Assembly: GCA_051294905.1 (NCBI GenBank)
Contig: CM119378.1
Coordinates: forward strand, 1,614,001-1,674,000
Length of the DNA: 60,000 bases
From: Botryllus schlosseri
Taxonomy: Eukaryota
Direction of reading: 5' to 3'
Position numbers and translations under genes: made by a program
The notes under the pieces: model-generated
The model's input: only the letters and a program-made list of their open reading frames with translations
Database searches by the model: none
What the model was told of the DNA's origin: nothing
Shown: piece by piece, positions 52,001 through 60,000 of the stretch
Numbering within the stretch: the first letter of the stretch is position 1
How the letters are laid out: the number at the start of each line of letters is the position of its first letter

Positions 52001-55000
52001 AAATTCACATTTAGCGAAGTTGACGGTGAAACCGTATTCGGTGAGGCGCTCAAAGAGTAGCGATAAGTTGCGAAAATGATCGCGTTCATCAATGCCAGTA
52101 ATGATTATGTCATCGATAAAACCAGCAACACCGGGTAAGCCGGCGATCATGGCATCAATACAGCGTTGAAAATTTGCGGGACTAGATGCGACTCCGAAAC
52201 ACATGCGTCGATAACGGAATAGACCGAATTGCGTGTTGATGACACACAAATTCTTCGCATCATCATCTAATTCTAGCTGAAAATAAGCATCGGCAAGATC
52301 AATTTTCGTGAAAATACAACCACCCTGTAACTTGTGAAGAATTTCATCCAAGGAGGGCAGGGGATGTTGATCTATCTGAATTTGTTGATTCAATGCTTTG
52401 AAGTCACCACAAATGCGTACTGATCCATTAGACTTAGTGACGGCAACAATTGGTGCTGCCCAATCACCGTAATTGATTGTTTCGAGGATACCTTGATTGA
52501 CTAATCTATCCAATTCGGTTTGAACAGCGATTTGCCTTGCGAAAGGCAAAGGGCGTGGCTTGTTGAATGCGGGCTTGGCATTAGGTTTCAAGTGAATTGT
52601 CACCTTTGTCTTGGTGCATCGTCCTAATACATTAGAGAAAACGGAGGGAAATTTGGACTGAAAAGATACCAATTTGTCGTTCGAATCACAAATGTCAATA
52701 GTATTACATGATTGCGATTTGACCATCTGCGAGGAAATTGCATCCTAAGCAGACGTTCCCTTAGCGGTCATGGAGAAAGCATCGCTCCAATCGAGACAAA
52801 AAATGTTTTGCCCACGGTGTTCGTCGAGGACCACCAATTTTAAGCCAACTCGAACTTCAGAACCCACCTGCACGCTTACAGTGCAAATACCTTTCACTTT
52901 CAGTGGCTTGTCGCCATACGCTACGAAAGAGCAATGGTATGCTGAGAGTTTCGGAGAGCCCAAAGTTTTGTACCCAGTCAATCCCACCATGGCGGAGGGT
53001 GTACCAGTGTCCCACTGTGTCGGCAACGGAATGCCGTTGATGCTGGAGTTGATCCAGAGCTGGTTTCCCACGCGTCGATATAGTTGATCGATGTCGAAGG
53101 AGAGGAGTGGCACTGAGCAGAAATTGACGGATGTGACCTGTTGCGTGATACTAGGTTTCGTAGACATGCACACAGGTTTGATATGACCTTTACGACCACA
53201 TTTCTGACATACTGCATGTCGATACTGACAGTCTTTTCTCTGGTGATCGATGAAACAGCGGCTGCAGGATTTCAGTCTTTCCGGGAAGTTGCCCTGAATG
53301 GATTTGGAAGGTTTTTTCCCCTTCTGATAGCTTCCAGTCATTTTGTTGACGATGGAAGTATCTTTACCGCTACTCAGGGTTCTGGCCCTGGATAACCCTA
53401 TCGGTTTCCAGCGTTCTCACGTGTGTTGCGGCTACTTTGAGAACGTCGTCGAGGGATGGATTGGTTTGTGTTAGACAATGCCGTCTCACATCCGCGTGCG
53501 GCGTTTCTTTAATGATGAGATCGCGCATTAGCTCATCAACGTAGCTCTGATCACAGCCATCTCTTGAGCATATGAAGTTGCAATCCTTGGAGATTCCGCG
53601 TAGAGTAGCGATCCAATCGGCGTACGATTGTCCCGGTTGCATTTTACAGTTGTAAAATTCGTACCTGATGGCTGCTTGCACATGAATTGAGTCCTTGAAG
53701 TGTGTAGACAACTTCTCAGTCAACGCGTCGAAGGTTTGCGCACTGACATCAGCAGCACCAAACAAATTACGTAGGAGCGAGTACGTTTCAGGTCCGACCC
53801 ATGAGAGTAGACACGCTCTTTTCTTCTCCATGTTGGAAATGCCGTAAATTGCTAGGTGATGGTTGAATCGTTGCAGATATTGGTCCCATTTCTCCTTTGA
53901 TTTGATGAACGAATCAAACTTGGGAGCGGTAGCTTCAGATGTTGACGCACCGGGACTCAACCTCTGCGCTAATTGCGATATGGCTTGCTCATGCTGCAGC
54001 TTTTGCTGTGCCATATCTTCTTTATGCTGTGCGCGTTGTTGGTCCAAATCTTCCCTGTGCCGAGCATTTTGCTGCTCCATATCTTCTTTACGCTGTGCAT
54101 TTTGATTTGCCATTGTTTCTTCATGCTGCTTTTGTTGCTTCGCCATCATTTCTTGCTGCTTCGCTTGTTGTTGCGCCATAATCTCTTGCTGCTTCGCCTG
54201 TTGTTGTACCATCATCTCTTGCTGCTTCTCGAGAATTTTCAAAATACCCGATTCCATGATATATATTCGTCGCAGAAATAACTTCGATCCGACTTCTGAC
54301 ACCAATTGTTATGTTCTTGATCTTGTTTGAACAATAACTCAATGCGACGAGGTTGCAATACAGAATCAGTATATTATCAGCATAGTAACTTAACGGCAGC
54401 GACACGATCCACAGTTCAGTTAAATGAAAGACCACGAGACAACAGAACACAGGGTATAAATACAAGCATGACACACGAGGAAATAATGATTGGCTGAAAT
54501 TACTATAGAAAGAAAGAGTTCTACGACACCGAACGTAAATGCACGAACATAACAGTTCCCATCAAGATATCCAGTTGAATGTAGCCTTTAAACAATGTTA
54601 CCTCTGAAGACTAAGTGATTTGTATATTTAATATGCAATGCGGCTGGCTCTTTTCATCAACAACCAAACAATCAAGACATTGTCAGAGCACAAACAATCT
54701 CGACCATCATATTACTGAACATGTAATAACTGATTAATGTACTATCATGTTCATTTTCTGTTGTATGTGTGTCATTATATCATTCTAACTACCGGTTACT
54801 GGAGTGCCGGGAAAACGAAGTATAGTTGGCGGGCCGGACTCCTGCATCGATAGATTAGTCACGTATTTATCTACCTATAAAAGGAACAGATCGTATTTAA
54901 TTAGGGTTACCATACGTCCTTCTTTAGGAGGATTTGTCCTCATTTTTCAGGTTTTTGATAATGTCCTCCCAGGACGCCAAAATGTCCTACTTGTCCTCTT

Positions 55001-58000
55001 TTTTTGAGAATTTTCGTTAAATATAGGGCAAAATTCGACTCAGATACAGTAAATCAGCACTCAAATAACGCCCTGGCGGCTATTCCGGGAGCTGAGCCGG
55101 AATGTGGACATTATTCTTAGTCAACCGACCACGAAGTGGGTAAATTTACCATTTTTTCAAGATGGTCCTTCGATATTCAAAGTTTGAAAATTTTGAAAAA
55201 GTGTCCTCTTTTGCCGATTCCAAAATATGGTAACCCTAATATAATGTAAACTTCAAGTTTAAAGCATATAGACCAAAACGTAATGTGCTGCAATAGCTGT
55301 TGAAGTCAATGATACATCTGTGGTCGGACAAAGTTGTCAAAAAGTTCTTTGAACTCTGGCTCCATGTCGGACGGAGAAACCCTTTAGTAAAGACTGCACG
55401 TAAACATCAGTTAGATTGGGAGGCAGATTTTTCTTCCTAAATGTTCAGTTCATGGTCGAAAATATTTGCGAGCAAGTTGATGTAGATCCGAACAGAACAA
55501 CTAGTTTCAAGGCCATTTTTCTCAGGATGGGGAATTTGGATTCATATTCAGTGACGCATAAAATTTATACAATCGTTAAGGTAAGAATTCATCTTTCAGA
55601 AAAGAAACTGTCTGAGGACCGTAAGTTGCCAGCCCCAGGATTACTGTATAACCTAGCCTATTACATGGAAATAACCTTTCCCAATGTTTTAACAAGGTTG
55701 GGAAATAGGGGGCATTTGCGTTTGAGTTCATGAAGTTCTACTTCGCACAATCCTGTAATGAGTTTGCACCATCTTTACTAACATACTGACTAACATTAGG
55801 AGGTAGTCGAAGTATTCATCGTTTCTACTCATGTAGAAGTATACGTAACTTCGTAAATTTATACTCAGGTACATTTTGTGAGTAAGTAAAATAGTATGTA
55901 TTTAATGCTCAGTTTTTGCAAAAAAAAACCGTGGATTGTTAAGAAGCAGTAGTAGTGTAATATCCTAACCACTCATGTACTGAAAGCAAGCAAATCTACT
56001 TGAGTATACTTCGTCATCGACTGCCTCATCTAACATTACATTGCCCAACTTTCAATACATTATCAGGGAGATTTTTCAACACAACACCTCCATACTTACC
56101 ACCATTGTTGCACTTTCGAAGTTGAGTATCGATAGGTTGCCCGTTAGAGCACGTCGTAACCCTGGTCCTGCTTTGCTGCCCTTCGTGACACGTAGTACTG
56201 CATCGCGACCATTGACTCCATTCCAATAACCGGCAGCATTGCGTCGTTCCACATCTACGCTCCTATAGAGGATACGAGGTCAATACAGCGGATGATACCA
56301 AAGGCATGGATGCATAGAATGTCGCCGGATGTTTGACTTCGTTACATTTGTATTGAAGGAGATACCTTCTTAACCGGGTTTCAGACAAACCCCAGATGTT
56401 TGTTGAACCAATCCCGGGTATTCGGCGAAGGTCAAGACACCCACGCCCGACTCATAAAGAAGAGGTCACTCAGATTTGTAATAAGTAGGGCATATTCATT
56501 ATAGGACATAACATGCCATGCGCAATGACTCGAGTACGAGTCGTGTAGATACACAAATCACCTCGAGTCAACGAAAAATTGCGACTGGTGTCATTATATC
56601 CCTGGTAGAGACTCTCAATACCAACCTCTGAATCCATCGGGTTACCGCAAGTGCCGTGTCTGGTTCTGGTCTGAACTCCCGATCCGCATGTAACGGAGCA
56701 AGCGGACCAGAGAGTCCAAGGCCCGTATCCGGGCTTGTGCCCGCACAAACTATTTTCCGTCATGACAGGTAGGTTGCAGGAATGATAGCGCTGTCTCGTC
56801 CGTTGACCTGGTAACATACAATAATGGCACATGTGTAGCCAACCATTACTTTCAATAGGGCTGCTAACAATGATTCGTGTATTCACATCTGAATAGAGTA
56901 TTGATTCTGCTGATTCGATTCCAGATGTGAAAGGTGATTGTTTTCAGAGCTGAAAATATACGCTCCTTGTTGTCACTAAGACTTTTCTTATCAACTAGAA
57001 TTATAGTTTCCATACTATTTATATGTCCCACCATGAAAGGCTGTAAATTTCCATCACTCGTGTTGCAGCTTACAAAACATGCAGTAAAAAGCTATACGCG
57101 CGTAAGCGGAAATAATGTATCAGCGAATTCGTGATAAAAACCCACAGCTTTATCACAAAGTGCAATGAAACAGGTATGGTCGAAAAAATACAAAATTATC
57201 TTTAATGTAATGTAAAACTGATATTACATTCTTTGTGGTCTCATGAAAGGTACATATTTCAACTTTACACATCATTTTATACTACTATGGTGTCAAAGTG
57301 AGTGATATTTGAATACTCGACTCCATTCGAAACCTAATAATCGAAATCGAATCGAACCAGGTACTCGGGTTCGACCAGCATTACTTATAAGTCATGGTTG
57401 CCAATTCGGTCTTCAGAATTTGCTGAAACGGCACATCAGAGAAACTTGGTAATACTTTCGGGACTCCATATATAAACAAACACGAAAGAGATTATGAACA
57501 GCAAATTCCCGATGATTCTATTTGAAGAGCTTCTTGGAGGTACAGAACTTCAATATACAATTGAATAGTATATTCATATTGAAATAAACCCGAATATTTT
57601 CGGCTGACACTCGTCAGGGGTAATCGTCAGCGACTAGAAGAGAATTGGAAAGAACATTGTATATCAACAATCGTATCACAAAATATGACGTCACCAGCAT
57701 GAAATTTCAAGCGAGAGAGCGTTCAATGTATTATTTTCATGTGGTACGCGAACTCCTTTTGTTGACAGAGTTTGGTTTGGTGCAATAATTTTAAGCACTC
57801 ATCCACACTGATAATAAGTGAATGCATTCCTGTTAGTGTAAAAATATTGTAGTAGAGAACAATAGACTCAAGGCCTACCCCCGACGCAGGTCTTTGAACA
57901 GGGGGTCCACTGGGTCCATTGTCCGTACGAACCTCCGTTACCGCAAGACCTACGTTCCGAGTTTGGCGATAGGCCACACGTGTGGAATTGAATGCGTGTC

Positions 58001-60000
58001 TGAAAATCGCAGTATCAAGTTAAAATTTACAGTAATAGTAATAATATTAATTAATACATCTCAGAAGCATATAATCCACGACATTTGCAGCATACTGATA
58101 TTCACCAGAAGTAATCAGTAACGAAGTACTTATACTATTTCCGAGTACTCAAGTAGGCTTTTATAACTTACTCAAGTGCACTTCAAATTCAAGGCGTGGA
58201 GTAAGACACCACATTTCAACATAATTTATGTGTTAGCCAATCTTGTGTGTACCAATGCACAATATGGTGCTTATCTCCACGTCTAGAATACAGAGTTAGA
58301 CACCACATTATACATTGACAAACACAATATTGACGAGCACATGATTTTGGACTAATTCCACTTGACTCGAAATTTTTCAGTTATTTATGAACACTTAATC
58401 CTGCACTTACCTGGAAGTCCCTATTTCTACTTGTACTATAGCAAAGGAAGCAGACACGAATTATTGCTACTTTCGAATTACCCCAAGTAAGTTTTGCCAA
58501 TTTGTACTACACACGCGAGTGCTCATAATTTATGTTTTTTTTTAGGAATAACAGGCCTCATCCTGGATCTTGTGTGGCATATTTGTACATTCAATTTTAT
58601 TGTGCGCACCCTAAATTCCAAGTCGAGTTCACTACGATCGTACTGGACGTAAAATAAATTGTGGACCAGTCAAACGAGGATAAACTTCAACAAATTCAAC
58701 ATAGCATTCAATACCTGCTGGCCTTCGCAAGTCCCGCTGCACGTCGACCAGTTCGACCATTCGCCATAATATCCCGGCCCGCCACATTCGGCCACTTCGA
58801 CTTTGTCCTCCAGCCCACACGAATGTCTCGCTACTCTGGTCTTTTGTCCGCCCGGGCATGTCCGAGTGCACGCGCCCCAAGGTCCGAACTCGAGATAGGT
58901 GCCCGGGTTGTCGTTACAACGTCTAAATTCAATTACAGCATGCCATGCGAAATTTCATCAGCTTCTCAACTTTAACGGTTAGGGGTTCACGCAATCACCT
59001 AACAAACGTTAGAGGCCCGTGCTAATAAAATGATAAAATATACTGTACTACAGTAGTATCTGTCATCAATTTCCTTTCAACCTTTCAGATACGCACAGCG
59101 CTCTAAATATGATGTGGTCTCGAACTAAAGTCGACAGTGTGAAAAATATTTTGGCAGAAAATCTACTGTTTATTCGTACTGTAGCGTAAAGATTTTCACC
59201 AATTGGGGATAAGGGGTAAGAGGCAGGGTTGTAATGACTCGACTCCAGTCCGACTCGAATCGTGATTTATCGGAGCCTCGACTTGACTCAAATTTGTGTA
59301 TCGACTCGACTTGTACTTGGGCCATGGCGCGAGGCTCGACTAATTCATATTGACTTGAGACTGCAACGGCCAAGACAGGCATTTCATTGTATATTCGAAG
59401 AATAGTAAAGTTACCACAGTATTATTATTACGTCTATCAGTACTGGTACTTGAAAAATATGGCATGAAAATGTTAGGGAGCGTGAACATTGCTGTGCTAT
59501 GACTGTGAGGCGTTCGATATAACCCAAGTAGAGTTGCAAACAAGTAGGTGAGCATAATGACTTGGAATCAGACTCGAGTCTTAACACTTATGACTCAGAG
59601 TCGACCCTTTGCTACCCGACTTGCACTCAGACTAAACTCGGTAACGAATCGAAAATGACTCGACTTGACTCGATTCAAAACTATAAAACCAAGATTGACC
59701 TGTGACTCGGAGCCACGTGAATCAGTTACAACTCTGACAAGACGTAAATGTTTAAGGTAAAATTTCACGAAACCTCAAGGTGTAAGGACGCTGAAACTGT
59801 TCGGAAACACCGACCTAGTATCAGTTTCAGCTTCCTCAGTGCCGCAGATATGAAGTCTTCGCCTTGTCATATATCCACCCCCACAAGTGCGCGAACATTG
59901 CGACCACTGCTGCCACGGACCGAATCCCGGATTGCCGCCACAGAATCTAGTCTCGACCATGTCTTCGTTCTCGCAAGAATGTCGCTGCATTCTGGTTTGG
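37013..60000 (-). CDS. Multi-exon thrombospondin type-1 repeat (TSR) array protein, 5'-partial; ~19 compact TSRs in the window; probably extracellular
   Basis: 15 GT-AG exons with consistent phases: 59815-60000 (partial), 58715-58922, 57879-57999, 56626-56807, 56100-56262, 49249-49440, 48862-48998, 42994-43087, 42248-42447, 41154-41330, 39900-40141, 39575-39771, 38687-38883, 37585-37832, 37013-37049 (TAA). They join into one ORF of repeated WxxWxxCSxTCGGGxxxRxR..C motifs; AATAAA on the minus strand near 36740. Confidence 0.9.
37585..37832 (-). CDS. TSR gene exon
   Basis: ttttccag; ERTRLCVGG..ECCDWKWSGWSRCCY..; GTGAGT; phase 0-2. Confidence 0.85.
38687..38883 (-). CDS. TSR gene exon
   Basis: TYTEWSAFTACSATCNGG..CAYWGGWSNYGPCSASCGVGTK; GTACGG; phase 1-0. 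Confidence 0.88.
39575..39771 (-). CDS. TSR gene exon
   Basis: RRSHTCGLDDD..WSQWGSCSATCGGG..TCGSDP; GTAAT; phase 2-1. Confidence 0.88.
39900..40141 (-). CDS. TSR gene exon
   Basis: DCSMGPCPYWSGWTSWSECSVSCGTG..CTATCNGGTKF; GTCAGT; phase 0-2. Confidence 0.88.
41154..41330 (-). CDS. TSR gene exon
   Basis: TRSHTCGLEPQVEVEACN..WTRWTPCDATCGGG..; GTGAGT; phase 0-0. Confidence 0.88.
42248..42447 (-). CDS. TSR gene exon
   Basis: AWLPWTMWSPCSQSCGGG..WSMWTVCSRTCAGGTHSR; GTAAGC; phase 1-0. Confidence 0.88.
42994..43087 (-). CDS. TSR gene exon
   Basis: ATCNGGVMRRTRRHSCGLEDEIETKACNTDP; GTAAG; phase 0-1. Confidence 0.85.
44500..46640 (+). pseudogene. Decayed multi-exon SAMD3-like / transposon-associated gene, antisense in a TSR intron
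   Basis: Exon-like pieces with short GT-AG introns: LPKFSAHV..EYSEFSRLLCQKYACL..HW | THFSKKLSQKIRNIR.. LFRKLHRSRRDVL..FPYLFNVKL | IREEFELLT; frameshifts present. Family call rests on remembered motif similarity only. Confidence 0.5.
45759..46473. mobile_element. hAT-type MITE with AAAAGTTGCA arrays
   Basis: Ends TAGGGCAAGTTTTTG/CAAAAACTTGCCCGA; perfect TSD GTGATAAC. Confidence 0.88.
46790..47293. mobile_element. hAT MITE, CAGGGTTGTAA family
   Basis: Intact TIRs; perfect TSD TGTCAAAC. Confidence 0.9.
47952..48847. mobile_element. Complete hAT MITE (CAGGGG family)
   Basis: TIRs CAGGGGTGGGCAAC/GTTGCCCGCCCCTG; perfect TSD CGTTAAGG. Confidence 0.92.
48862..48998 (-). CDS. TSR gene exon (not in ORF track)
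   Basis: ttcatag; IQSRNRDCRHGITGQAGCVGEYEQTRDC..WSYWSEYSSCS; GTAAG; phase 1-0, required to keep the frame. Confidence 0.85.
49249..49440 (-). CDS. TSR gene exon
   Basis: tttcag; GEYTPWSMWSQCSASCGGG..WSTWSMCSSTCFQ; GTGAG; phase 1-1. Confidence 0.88.
49666..54554 (-). mobile_element. Full-length Ty3/gypsy LTR retrotransposon (Mag-like), in a TSR intron
   Basis: LTRs 49666-49919 and 54307-54554 (2 substitutions and a 6-bp indel seen), TGTTAT..ATAACA ends, TSD GTTCC, tRNA-Leu PBS TGGTGTCAGAAGT at 54292-54304, domain order gag-PR-RT-RH-IN. Confidence 0.96.
49953..54257 (-). pseudogene. gypsy gag-pol with inactivating lesions
   Basis: Gag 53370-54257; Zn knuckles and protease DTG 52745-53341; RT (FIDD) 51551-52726; RNase H and integrase 49953-51500. 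Frame change ~53370, in-frame TAG at 52745, frameshift ~51620. Confidence 0.9.
54902..55238. mobile_element. hAT MITE, TAGGGTTACCATA family
   Basis: TIRs TAGGGTTACCATA/TATGGTAACCCTA; reverse of 25614-25911. Confidence 0.85.
56100..56262 (-). CDS. TSR gene exon
   Basis: ERRCGTTQCCRLLEWSQWSRCSTTC..KCNNG; GTAAGT; phase 0-1. Confidence 0.85.
56626..56807 (-). CDS. TSR gene exon
   Basis: QRTRQRYHSC..WTLWSACSVTCGSG..MDSE; GTTGGT; phase 1-0. Confidence 0.85.
57525..57680. repeat. Unclassified dispersed repeat (also ~41812-41950, ~34840-35045, fragment ~31010)
   Basis: Shared TCTTGGAGGTACAGAACTTCAATATACAATTGAAT..TTTTCGGCTGACACTCGTCAG. Confidence 0.7.
57879..57999 (-). CDS. TSR gene exon
   Basis: ttttcag; TRIQFHTCG..WTQWTPCSKTCVG; GTAGGC; phase 0-1. 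Confidence 0.85.
58715..58922 (-). CDS. TSR gene exon
   Basis: tttag acceptor; RCNDNPGTYLEFGPWGACTRTCPGG..WSNWSTCSGTCEGQQ; GTATTG donor; phase 2-0. Confidence 0.85.
59224..59736. mobile_element. hAT MITE, CAGGGTTGTAA family
   Basis: CAGGGTTGTAA..TTACAACTCTG; GACTCGA arrays. Confidence 0.85.
59815..60000 (-). CDS. TSR gene exon (runs off window)
   Basis: ..HSCENEDMVETRFCGGNPGFGPWQQWSQCSRTCGGG..; donor AG|GTCGGT. Confidence 0.85.

Overview
Eukaryotic (invertebrate animal; possibly a tunicate, which is inference) genomic DNA, very rich in transposons, with two intron-containing host genes on the minus strand. (1) The 3' part of a large thrombospondin type-1 repeat (TSR) gene: 15 exons, 37013-60000, 5' end outside the window, about 860 codons, about 19 repeats. 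(2) A complete 5-exon gene (21028-30440, 319 aa) for a single-pass membrane protein with a divergent CUB-like ectodomain. Mobile DNA includes a five-level nest at 4080-14810 (hAT MITE > hATm-like transposon with ~530-bp TIRs > hAT MITE > full-length Ty1/copia > hAT MITE, all with intact TSDs) and a full-length but mutated Ty3/gypsy (Mag-like) element in a TSR intron. Also present: an internally deleted hAT with its MITE family, a foldback element with a 7-bp GTAATAC TSD, a MULE-like MITE with telomere-like repeats, a Meta-like tRNA SINE and a decayed SAMD3-like transposon-associated gene. The most interesting signal is the cysteine pattern of the TSR protein, which fits disulfides linking each repeat to the next at every junction. 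Exon models and coordinates were read by hand and need RNA confirmation.
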